Origin: Promethearchaeota archaeon
Lineage (GTDB): Archaea; Asgardarchaeota; Lokiarchaeia; Sigyniarchaeales; SOKP01
Reading direction: 5' to 3'
Length of the DNA: 21,237 nt
Assembly: GCA_048937405.1 (NCBI GenBank)
Contig: JBHLNF010000010.1
Coordinates: 1 to 21,237 of the forward strand
Part shown: piece by piece, positions 7,650-16,711 of the stretch
Layout: each line of letters begins with the position of its first letter
Position numbering within the stretch: the stretch's first letter is position 1
Program-made: the position numbers and the translations under genes
Notes under the pieces: generated by a model
The model's database searches: none
What the model saw: only the letters and a program-made list of their open reading frames with translations
Told to the model about the DNA's origin: nothing

Positions 7650-9071
7650 TCATTTTGAAAGGAGAATCAAAACTAAATCATTAACATTACATCCTGTTGA
7701 ACCAGTTATTAATTCAATTCCTAATTGTTTGAAAAACGCATTTGAGTCATTATTTTCTAAAAGATTCTCTGAATTAATATTCATTGAAAGCATTTTATCT
7801 AAAATAAAATTATCAACAATAGCTCCCATTGCTTTACTATTTCCTTCAATACCATCAAGATTGGCACCCATAACTAAAAAGTTATAATTAATATTTTTAT
7901 TTTTTATAAAATTAAGAAAGCTTAAAAGCATCTCTTGGTTTCTCCCGCCAATGCCATTCCCTTTAATAGTAACAGTTAACTCGCCTGTTGCCATTAAAAT
8001 TATGTTTTTATATTTATTTTGATCAAAATTTTCTTTTACATATTGGGAAATAATCCAATAAAGAGATTTTCCAAATTCCTTAGCTTCACCAGTTATAGTA
8101 TTAGAAAAGTAATCGATTTTATATTCAGGTTTACGAGAAAGAGTTATAAGTTCTTGGACAGCGAAACTAATACTTCCAATCAAATAATTATGAATGTCCT
8201 TAAAATATATGCTATTAGATTTTGGATTTTCTAATGTATTATCTTTTAATCCTTTCTCTATATGATCCTTAACAGAATCAGGAAATTTCTCCCAGAGTTT
8301 ATATTTATTACTTATTGTTAAAACATCTTTAAAAGTGCTTTTATCAGGTATTGTAGGACCAGATGCAATTGAATCTAAATTATCTCCAACAACATCTGAT
8401 ATGATTAAACAAATTAATGTAGCTCTACTTGAATTATAAAGATTTTTTACTAAATTTCCACCTTTAAAATCAGATAAATGCTTTCTAATGACATTAATCT
8501 CATGAATAGATGCTCCCGAAGATAAGAGTAAAGAGTTGACTTTTTGTAAATCTTCAATTTTTATTCCTTTTTTTGGCAATGGAAGTAATGCGGAACCTCC
8601 TCCAGAGATTAAACAAAAAAAAAGATCTTCTTCATTAGATTTTTCTATTTTTTCCATCATTAATTTGGTTCCATTAAAACCAATTGCATTTGGAATTGGA
8701 TGGGATGCATGGTTAAAGATAATTTTACTTTTTTTTAGCTTTTTATGTTTATATGCACTTTCAGGAACGTTAATAATTCCCTCATAGTTAGTATAATTCA
8801 ATTTTATCAGAATTCTCTCAAGTTCTAATGCCATTTCAGCCGTTGCCTTACCACCGCCAATAATATAGACTTTTTTATATTTATGCAAATCATACTCATT
8901 GTTTAAAATGTTTAATTTCCCTTTTTGGATTATGATTGATTTCTTCATCAGATATTTAGGTTTTACAAGTTGAATTATTCGCTCAAGAATTTGAAGCCCT
9001 ATTTTCCTTAACCTAAATTGATCTTTATTTAAATCCATATGAAGAAGTTGAGAAGTATTCTTTACAAACAA
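7650..9071 (-). CDS. gck: Glycerate 2-kinase (MOFRL/TtuD family)
   Basis: GGGKA, ASHPIP, LISGGGSAL, GASIHEINVIRKHLSDFKGG, SDVVGD...IASGPT, GELTV, GGRNQE, DGIEG, TGCNVND. Confidence 0.93.
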   Translation of the reverse strand: MFVKNTSQLLHMDLNKDQFRLRKIGLQILERIIQLVKPKYLMKKSIIIQKGKLNILNNEYDLHKYKKVYIIGGGKATAEMALELERILIKLNYTNYEGIINVPESAYKHKKLKKSKIIFNHASHPIPNAIGFNGTKLMMEKIEKSNEEDLFFCLISGGGSALLPLPKKGIKIEDLQKVNSLLLSSGASIHEINVIRKHLSDFKGGNLVKNLYNSSRATLICLIISDVVGDNLDSIASGPTIPDKSTFKDVLTISNKYKLWEKFPDSVKDHIEKGLKDNTLENPKSNSIYFKDIHNYLIGSISFAVQELITLSRKPEYKIDYFSNTITGEAKEFGKSLYWIISQYVKENFDQNKYKNIILMATGELTVTIKGNGIGGRNQEMLLSFLNFIKNKNINYNFLVMGANLDGIEGNSKAMGAIVDNFILDKMLSMNINSENLLENNDSNAFFKQLGIELITGSTGCNVNDLVLILLSK

Positions 9072-9270
9072 AATAGCACTTCAATATTTGTCAATTTAAC
9101 GTATAAGATATTATTGGAAATATCATTAACATTAAATTATGTTCAGTATGATATAAATAAATTATTGCTTTTCATGAACTTTAAATATAACTAGTTTTAC
9201 TAAATACTTGATTTGAAAACGTTACTTTAAATCATTGTTTATGAATCAATCAATAAATCTTATATGAACT

Positions 9271-10626
9271 ATGCTAAGACAAGTATTCATTCTTAATGGG
9301 AATGAGATTATATATAAAAGAGTTTATGGAAATGCTTTAAGTAATTCAGAGATTGAGGACCTTAGTTTTAAAATTATCTCAGAAGCAAAAAGAGCTCTTG
9401 GAAGAACTACAGGGTATTTTGATTTTATTAAGTATAGAATATCTTATGACATTGATCTAAAATCTATGCTATCCTTTATTTTTATAACAGGATTAATGGA
9501 TGATTTTTACAGATCAATTAAACTTCAACTAAACAATTTTAAAAAACTATTTTTAAATCGTTTTGGTGACAATATCAAGGATAATAATCTAAAAATGTCA
9601 AATTTTGTTGGGATAAATATAGCTCTTGATGAAATGCATAGAAATTTAAAACCTAAAATTGCGGTTGTAGGTTTTGCGGGAGTTGGTAAAACAACCATAA
9701 AACAATTAATAAAAATGGATGAAATACCACTTCAGCATGTTCCAACTATTACTGGTGAAATTGCAACTATCAAAATTGGTAAATTATTTTTTCGATTATT
9801 TGATTTTGCAGGACAGGAACAATTTAAATTTCTTTGGAAAGGATTTATTAAAGAAAGTGATGCTGTTCTTATAGTTACCGATTCGACTCAAAAAAATATA
9901 GAAAAGAGTAAATTCTTTTTAGAATTAAAAGTAAAAGAAGTTCCCCACTCTCGAGCAGCTATAATAGGAAATAAGCAAGATTTACCTGATGCTTTAAGTA
10001 TTGCAGAAATAGAGGAGATTACAGGTTTAAAGACTTATCCAATGGTAGCTAATAGAAAAGAGAATCGTAATAAAATGATTAGAGTTATTGCTGATATTTT
10101 AGATATGAGTACAGAAGACTCTCCATTATTATCTGAACTATTTGAGAATACTGATTTAAGTTATGAAACTTTATTTGGATTAAGTGAAGAATCAGTTGAG
10201 GATGAATCCTTAATCATTCCAGAAGAACCATTTTCGTTAGAAGAACTTCAAGTTGAGCAAAAATTCGAAGTTAACGAGATAAAAAATAAGATAGATCAAA
10301 TAATTTCAAAAAGCTCTGGGGATGAATCAGGTCATCTTGAGGAAAATAAGAAATATATCCATAGTCTTAAAATGCCTGTTGAAAATGCCTTAATTACTTC
10401 TGAATTATTTAATGAATTTGAACAAAATAAATCATTTGGATATTATGATAAATTAAGTATTTTATTCACTGCCCTTAATTGTGTCTTTCTAACAAAAATG
10501 GAACCAAAAAAGTACCCAAAATTCAGTGCTTTTTTTAAAGATTATAAAATGCATATGTTTAACTCTAAAGAAATTAACCTAATTCGAAAATTTTACTCAA
10601 AAGTCTTAAAACAAGTTACCGCTTAA
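9271..10626 (+). CDS. Arf-like small GTPase with N-terminal longin-like domain and C-terminal extension
   Basis: G1 GFAGVGKTT, G2 VPTI, G3 DFAGQ, LWxxF, G4 GNKQDLPDAL. aa 1-125 longin-like; about 170-aa acidic/helical tail. Confidence 0.85.
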   Translation: MLRQVFILNGNEIIYKRVYGNALSNSEIEDLSFKIISEAKRALGRTTGYFDFIKYRISYDIDLKSMLSFIFITGLMDDFYRSIKLQLNNFKKLFLNRFGDNIKDNNLKMSNFVGINIALDEMHRNLKPKIAVVGFAGVGKTTIKQLIKMDEIPLQHVPTITGEIATIKIGKLFFRLFDFAGQEQFKFLWKGFIKESDAVLIVTDSTQKNIEKSKFFLELKVKEVPHSRAAIIGNKQDLPDALSIAEIEEITGLKTYPMVANRKENRNKMIRVIADILDMSTEDSPLLSELFENTDLSYETLFGLSEESVEDESLIIPEEPFSLEELQVEQKFEVNEIKNKIDQIISKSSGDESGHLEENKKYIHSLKMPVENALITSELFNEFEQNKSFGYYDKLSILFTALNCVFLTKMEPKKYPKFSAFFKDYKMHMFNSKEINLIRKFYSKVLKQVTA

Positions 10627-10640
10627 CAAGTAATAAAGCT

Positions 10641-12707
10641 TTAACGATTAAGGTAGTATAATTTAAAGGATGCTAATTTTCCATTCTTCATTATCATTTC
10701 TCTATAACCTCCAGCAGTTTCAGGATGACCGTATCTACCAAGTCCCAATGCTGGTGTTTGGACAACAAATGGTCCATTATTTTGTATATCTTTTGGATTT
10801 GTATAAATCTCAGAATATTGATCATAATAGATAGCCGCAGGATTTTCAATTTTTTTCAATTTAAATGGCGGTGCATCATAAACACTTGTTTTTTTTTCGG
10901 TATCTTCTAATCTAAACTCCAAAGAATCATGAGTATGACCCGCTAAGGTCAAAATACAACAATCCTTACAGAATTCTACAAGTTTTTCCCAATTTGAAGA
11001 AACACATCCATGTTTCAGATTAAATATTCCATCAATACGAGCTAAAGATAGCGATTTTCCTAACTGTCTGAATAATGATTCTTTAAATTCAGTTAATTTT
11101 TTTTTGACAAAACGTTTACCTTTCTTTTCAAACAAATTAATTTTAAGTGATTTACCACCAGTGTTTAATGGAGGTCCATGCAAAAAAAGGAATGTATTCA
11201 TATCTTTTTGGATTACATTATTTAATAGATTTTCTAAATATTTAACTTGTCTAGTTGAAATACCTGTAACAGATGGATGTCCAGTTATTAAGTCTCGTAT
11301 ATTTTTAAAAGAATCAGGCCCTGAATTTAAAATTATAAACAAATTATTCCCAAGTTTTACATAAAAATCATAAAAAGAATTAATATCTGATAGATACCCT
11401 TTTACTGCTGAATTAGTTTTAGTTAAAGCTGTAATTGGTGAAGCAGAAAACATTTCATTTAATGCTAAAGCTTCTGATGCATTTAAACCAATCTTTTTAT
11501 ACATCTCTGCCCAAGTTAAATCATAGTGAAAGGGACGATAATCATGATTGCCCAATGTTGTAAAAATAGGACAATTTAATTCTTCACCTCTTATAACTCC
11601 TTTGTATTCCTTATTATTAGGTAAATTTAGGACACAATTTTTAAAAACCTGCCAATTACTATCTTCATATTTAAATAAAAATGTGTCTTTTAATTTTCGT
11701 ACTTTTTTAGCTAATCTACTTAAGATTGTAAAATCAACTAAGTCTCCAGTCATTACTATAAAATCTAGTTCATTTCTAAGTACTTTTCGATTCATTATTC
11801 TTATAAACTGTCGAAATTGATTATTTGGATTAATTAAACGCTTTCTTAATGGTACTTTTATGTCGGTAAGTATTTCTTTCTTCTCATCTTTTTTCTTTTT
11901 TCCCAATTTCAATTTCTTCGTTATAATTTTAAAAAAATCCTCAGCACCGCTTTTGACAGACGATTTTGCCCATTTTTTTATTATTCCATAAATTCTATCA
12001 TTTCTTTCTGCCAAGTGTAAATCAGTAGCATGAACAAATGTGAAATCTTCCCATTTTTGTTTAGAAATTACAACGGAGTGGTAATTTATTCGTTCATTTG
12101 GACCATAAAGATCAAACATTATAAAACTTCTTTCTTTCAGGAAATTAAGGACTTTCTTATTGAGAGTAAAACTGATATTGACAATATAAAAATTATTCAT
12201 ATCTTCAAATACTTGATTTTTTAAAAGGAAATCTTGAGGATTTAATCCATTTAGTGAAGAGATTTCATGGATATGACTAATGTTAGAGTTTTCTACCTTT
12301 GTAATACTGGCCAGAATTGGTTCTCCTCTATGGAGACGAGATTTCAGTGACTTTAAACCTTCATAACTTAGATCATGATCATCTATAAATTTTATTTTAT
12401 CCTTAAGAAACTTCTTTCTTTTTTTTCTAAATCTTTTTTCTCTCCATTTTGAAAATAAGCCTTTCTTTTCTTTTCTAAAAATTAATTTATATGACCATTT
12501 GTAATCAAATAACGGAATTAAGGTTATTTTTTTATTAATTGTTTTGCTAAAAAGATCTAAATCAGAAATATCACTGATAAAAAGTAAATTAGTTTGAATC
12601 TCTTTGTTTTTTAACTTACGATCTATACTTAAGATAGATGGACGTCCCAAATTTGGGTTTATTAGAATTGATTTTCCTTTAAATTCTGTTTCTGGTGCAT
12701 TCAACAT
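10641..12707 (-). CDS. Calcineurin-like metallophosphoesterase with long basic N-terminal region
   Basis: All five motifs present: TDLH, TGDLVD, GNHD, LHGPP, GHTH. Confidence 0.85.
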   Translation of the reverse strand: MLNAPETEFKGKSILINPNLGRPSILSIDRKLKNKEIQTNLLFISDISDLDLFSKTINKKITLIPLFDYKWSYKLIFRKEKKGLFSKWREKRFRKKRKKFLKDKIKFIDDHDLSYEGLKSLKSRLHRGEPILASITKVENSNISHIHEISSLNGLNPQDFLLKNQVFEDMNNFYIVNISFTLNKKVLNFLKERSFIMFDLYGPNERINYHSVVISKQKWEDFTFVHATDLHLAERNDRIYGIIKKWAKSSVKSGAEDFFKIITKKLKLGKKKKDEKKEILTDIKVPLRKRLINPNNQFRQFIRIMNRKVLRNELDFIVMTGDLVDFTILSRLAKKVRKLKDTFLFKYEDSNWQVFKNCVLNLPNNKEYKGVIRGEELNCPIFTTLGNHDYRPFHYDLTWAEMYKKIGLNASEALALNEMFSASPITALTKTNSAVKGYLSDINSFYDFYVKLGNNLFIILNSGPDSFKNIRDLITGHPSVTGISTRQVKYLENLLNNVIQKDMNTFLFLHGPPLNTGGKSLKINLFEKKGKRFVKKKLTEFKESLFRQLGKSLSLARIDGIFNLKHGCVSSNWEKLVEFCKDCCILTLAGHTHDSLEFRLEDTEKKTSVYDAPPFKLKKIENPAAIYYDQYSEIYTNPKDIQNNGPFVVQTPALGLGRYGHPETAGGYREMIMKNGKLASFKLYYLNR

Positions 12708-12843
12708 TTAAAAAATTATTAAGTCTTAGCTTATTAACTATTGTTGTAATTATAATAAATTAACTAATTAAAATAAATAGTAGTTCTATAACTTAAAATT
12801 ATAAATTAATCTTCTAATTATTGGGATCTTTCAATTTTTTAAA

Positions 12844-13113
12844 TTATTCTGCTAAACAACAAAATATAACATTATCCCCACGTACAACTATATTTCCGAG
12901 GTCTTCACGCTCCTCGCGAATATTACCCTCATCATCTTGAAATTCAAAGAGTTGACTTGTACCTTCAAGATAAAGGTTTAGATGCTCATCGAAACCAGCC
13001 AAGATTCCTCTAAATAGTCTATTACGCTTAACCTTAATTAAAATTACCTTATTTATTGAAGACTTCAAATAATCGATAGGACGGTTAGATCTGGAATAAC
13101 TTTCACGTGACAT
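12844..13113 (-). CDS. Sm/Lsm-family RNA-binding protein (SmAP)
   Basis: RPIDYL, Sm1 motif (FRGILAGFDEHLNLYL), Sm2 motif (VVRGDNVIF). Start taken at ATG 13113 (MSRES) rather than TTG 13143. Confidence 0.92.
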   Translation of the reverse strand: MSRESYSRSNRPIDYLKSSINKVILIKVKRNRLFRGILAGFDEHLNLYLEGTSQLFEFQDDEGNIREEREDLGNIVVRGDNVIFCCLAE

Positions 13114-13346
13114 TATTAATATCTCAAAAAAACAATTATTCAAAAAAATATTTATAGTAACAAGTAAATACCATTTAAATTAAAACCTTTCTATAGTTTT
13201 TATAGGAATGTATACATTTAAACCTACAAAAAATCCAATGATAAAATTGTAAAATGACTAAAAAGATGAAATTAAAATAATATTATATTCATTTTACTTT
13301 TTATTATATTATGAATTGTTTTATTATACAAAAATATATTAGTATT

Positions 13347-13451
13347 AGGTCCGTGGCCTAGTTTGGATAGGGCGGCAGCCTCCTAAGCTGAAGATCGGGG
13401 GTTCAAATCTGGAGAAAATTATTCTAAAGAGGACTTTTCCCCCCGGACCTG
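13347..13451 (+). tRNA. tRNA-Arg(CCU) with a non-canonical intron in the T-loop
   Basis: Acceptor AGGTCCG/CGGACCT, D arm GCCT/GGGC with A20, anticodon arm GCAGC-CTCCTAA-GCTGA (CCT at 13382-13384), T stem GGGGG/CCCCC, discriminator G13451, no encoded CCA. Confidence 0.93.
13407..13436 (+). other. 30-nt tRNA intron at position 58/59 with strict BHB motif
   Basis: Central helix GTTC(13401-04)/GGAC(13431-34), 3-nt bulges AAA(13405-07) and TTT(13435-37), flanking helices TCT/AGA and GGGG/TCCC. Splicing gives T-loop TTCAATT. Confidence 0.85.
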
Positions 13452-14222
13452 TTAATCTTTATCTTCAAGTTTAAAATTTATCATCCATTGATATTTTTCT
13501 CCCCAATCATCAAATTGAAATCCGTATCCCTCTTCTCGACACATTTCTTCAGTAATTCTCATTAAGTTTTGTTGAATTTTCAAATCAGCTGTTTCTAACA
13601 TATTCATTAGAGTTTCTATTATCTCATTAGGTTGCATAGGAAATTTTGTAAGCGGGAATTCCTCTAGTTCCCATCTCAAATATTTATAGTAGGGGTTTAA
13701 TCTTCCCCTGTGAATGGCAAATATTGTATTTAAAAAATAGGGTATTGAGTAAGCTGCTTCTAAACGAGCTGCGGGGAGGTCTCCATCACGTAAACATTTT
13801 AAAGATCGATAGAAAAAATTAATATAAGCATCTATTGATTTTGCAATGTAATCATGAAGCTCTTTCTCGGGAATCCTCGCTTTTTTTTCTAGGATTTTTT
13901 GAATCTCGCTCTTTTTATCTAATAAAGCTTTAATATGTGCAAAAGTATACCTTTCAAATCTTTCACCAGTATACCAATCACCACATTTCTTTAATTCTGT
14001 TAAAGTTAATACTATAAGATCTAAACCCTCATATTTCTCGAATGGATATTTTTCTTTATATTCATTAACTACCTCATCTTTAACTATAATGTAGGTATCA
14101 TAGTCAGAGTAAGGATTTTCACGTCCTTTTCCTCTTGAACCCCCTAAAAAAAATCCAATTATATTCTCATCTAATTTAGCTTCTTCATATATTTCATTAA
14201 AAATTTCATTTGAAGTTTTCAT
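13452..14222 (-). CDS. Pol-beta-superfamily nucleotidyltransferase with C-terminal helical bundle
   Basis: GFFLGGSRGKG...SDYDTYIIV (GS + DxD), third Asp in GLDLIV, helical C-terminal half. Substrate unknown. Confidence 0.8.
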   Translation of the reverse strand: MKTSNEIFNEIYEEAKLDENIIGFFLGGSRGKGRENPYSDYDTYIIVKDEVVNEYKEKYPFEKYEGLDLIVLTLTELKKCGDWYTGERFERYTFAHIKALLDKKSEIQKILEKKARIPEKELHDYIAKSIDAYINFFYRSLKCLRDGDLPAARLEAAYSIPYFLNTIFAIHRGRLNPYYKYLRWELEEFPLTKFPMQPNEIIETLMNMLETADLKIQQNLMRITEEMCREEGYGFQFDDWGEKYQWMINFKLEDKD

Positions 14223-14361
14223 ATAGTATCAATTTCTGAATGTAATTTTTCTAAATCCTTAAAACCTTTTAATAAAAATTAATGTTTCGATGCAATTAAT
14301 TGAGTTATTTCTATATAAATGAATAGAATATGATTTTTCAAACTTTTTTAAGTAATCCTTT

Positions 14362-16341
14362 ATGATCTTTATCATGAAAGAAGCATATGTAACCGACTTA
14401 TCATCTTTAAAGGTGAGGGTAAGACCAAGATTACCCATGATCCTACGGAGGATAAGTAAGTTCTTATTGCGATATGGGATTGTTCCCTTAGTAAAGATAA
14501 TAGGTAAGTTCTTAGGATTTGGATTTGGTAAGAATGGAGTAAAAAAGTATCCAGAATATTTCATTAGATTGAAAGATGGAACAAAATTAGCAACAGATAT
14601 ATATGTTCCAAAAAATGTTTTTAAGAAAAAAAGTAAATGTCCCACAATCTTAATTAGATTACCCTATTGGAAAGATAACTGGAGTTTTATAGGATATGCT
14701 TATTCTATTTATGGATTTGTAACAATCATTCAAGACATTAGAGGAACTGGTCATTCCACAGGTTTTAACTATTATTTATTTACCGAAAGAAATGATGGAT
14801 TAGAAACGTTAGAGTGGATTTCCAAGCAATATTGGTATAATGGCAAAATAGGTATGGCAGGGGCAAGTTATTTTGGCATAACTCAGCTTGCTTTATCTTG
14901 GGATAACAAGCATTTATCTTGTATCTCTCCTGCTATTACCTCTACATTGAATCTATGGATTAATAATGGGGGTTTACAAATACACGCTCTTACAACTTCT
15001 ATTTATAGGATAATGGTTAATATAGCATCACACACTGATGCACCTGAAGTAGATACGCTAACAGATCTAATGCAAGAAAGATATTTGAACCCAAAATATG
15101 CTTTATATAATGATCCGATTAAAAAAGAAAGTGATCTTAAATTATCTCAGTTAAAAGGAAAATCTGTTAAAGAAATCCAGGATTTATTAGCTTCATTTTA
15201 TAAAATAAAAAATTTTGACGGTTCTAAGCGAAATCTTAAAATTTATTTTGAATTTCTAAACGATTTCTTAATAACACGTAATCTAGATAAAGATACATAT
15301 AAAATGTCTGGACTATTAGAAATGGATTTAACAAAAGTTTCACAACCCATTTTCATGTTAGCTGGTTGGCAAGATATGTTTTTTGAACAACAATTAAAGG
15401 ATTTCTTGGAAATTAAAGAGAATGCTATGGGAAATGCAAAAAAGTATTCAAAATTACTCATCGGACCATGGGCTCATGCAGCAGTAGGACATCCTGATAG
15501 CAAGATTAGTAATGCCGGGTTATTACGTTTTTATAAAGAATTTATAAATCTTAATTGGAACCGATATTGGCTAAAAGATGAATAATATGCATTCTTAGAT
15601 ATCAAAAAACCTTCTATTAGGTATTGGGTTATGGGAAAAAATATTTGGAGATATACTGAGAAATGGCCACCGAACAATGTCGAATATAAAGAACTATATT
15701 TACATTCTATCAAAGGCGCAAATAGTATAAAAGGAGATGGATTTTTAAATTTCGACCAACCATTTAAAGAAACGGAAGATTCATATAATTTTGATCCACT
15801 GAATCCAGTAATCACAAAGGGGGGAAGAAATTTAGGGATTATAAAAGGAGCTCGAAATCAAAAAGAGAGTGAAAAAAGAAAAGATGTTTTGGTTTACTCT
15901 ACTAAATTTTTAAAAGAAGGATTAGAAATAACTGGTCCTGTTAAGATGATACTTTATGCTTCTTCATCAACGAAAGATACTGACTTCATGATCAAACTGG
16001 TGGATGTAAATAGAGGAGGAAAAGCTATAAATATCTTAGATGCTGGGATACGAGCTAGATTTAGAAATGGTGAAAATAATGTCTCTCTTATTGAACCAAA
16101 CAAAGTCTATGAATATCATATAGAATTAGGGAATACTTCAAATTTCTTTAAGATAGGACATAAAATACGTATTGAAATAACATCAAGTAATTTTCCACGA
16201 TTTGATATTAACTCAAATTTAGGAGGAGAAGGTCGAACGGGAGAATATGTTATTGCTGAACAAAAGATATATCACACTCAGGAATATCCAAGTCATCTTA
16301 AACTTCCAGTCATAAATGAGAAAAAAATATCGCATCAATAA
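14362..16341 (+). pseudogene. CocE/NonD family serine hydrolase interrupted by one in-frame TAA (15583-15585)
   Basis: RLPY, QDIRGTGHSTG, GASY nucleophile, GWQD and GPWAH in part 1; PepX_C-like part 2 (WPP, EITGPV, DTDFMIKLVDV, SSNFPRFDIN). Both parts share a frame: WLKDE*YAFLDIKKPSIRYWVMGKNIWR. Confidence 0.8.
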
Positions 16342-16620
16342 TCAAAAAATTTTCTCAGAATACAATCTTAACTCATAACCAAATTTTTGGATAATTTTTT
16401 CTAGAGATAAGCTTAAATCGTGAATTCCTATCATCTTTCCCATCCTATTACTTAAAAAAGTATCTTTACGTTTCAAGTTCAATTCTTTCAATAAGATATG
16501 AAAAATTTCATGAAAGGATTTTCTCAGATTCTCTGGATTTAGTAAAATCTTTTTCACATCTCCACTCTGGATAATCTTAATAGATAAAAAATTATTACTT
16601 TCTTCATTTAAGTTGGACAT
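16342..16620 (-). CDS. Putative ubiquitin-like (UFM1-like) beta-grasp protein lacking C-terminal Gly
   Basis: beta-beta-alpha-beta-beta-alpha-beta pattern; C-terminal KFGYELRLY. Fold assigned by eye. Confidence 0.5.
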   Translation of the reverse strand: MSNLNEESNNFLSIKIIQSGDVKKILLNPENLRKSFHEIFHILLKELNLKRKDTFLSNRMGKMIGIHDLSLSLEKIIQKFGYELRLYSEKIF

Positions 16621-16689
16621 ATTTCTTAACAGTAAACCAATTTGTTAGATAAATCTATTCAATTCTTCTAAAAATATGAATTATGCAAA

Positions 16690-16711
16690 TAGTTATCGTC
16701 TTGGATAACTA
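16690..16711. promoter_or_regulatory. Perfect inverted repeat, candidate transcription-factor operator for aor
   Basis: TAGTTATC-N6-GATAACTA, about 15 nt upstream of TATA-like TTAAATA (16727-16733) in the divergent intergenic region. Confidence 0.55.

Noticed and set aside
7455-7652. Glycerate kinase TGA is in frame with the downstream zinc-ribbon ORF (possible Sec/readthrough fusion)
   Set aside because: The kinase ends at its normal C-terminal motif, the TGA is not at a Cys-equivalent position, no SECIS was recognised, and the small ORF has its own ATG and SD-like AAAGGA.
2298-12224. Opposite-strand ORFs 2298-2555, 4646-4876, 5424-5645, 6411-6695, 6670-6996, 7081-7329, 8019-8234, 8536-8787, 10725-10910, 11104-11364, 11548-11820, 12030-12224
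   Set aside because: Antisense shadows of well-supported genes, with Phe/Ile/Ser-rich composition and no motifs.
13407-13451. tRNA insert as an integration scar or genomic-island att site
   Set aside because: The insert forms a strict BHB; no repeat of the tRNA 3' end and no integrase found by eye in the window.
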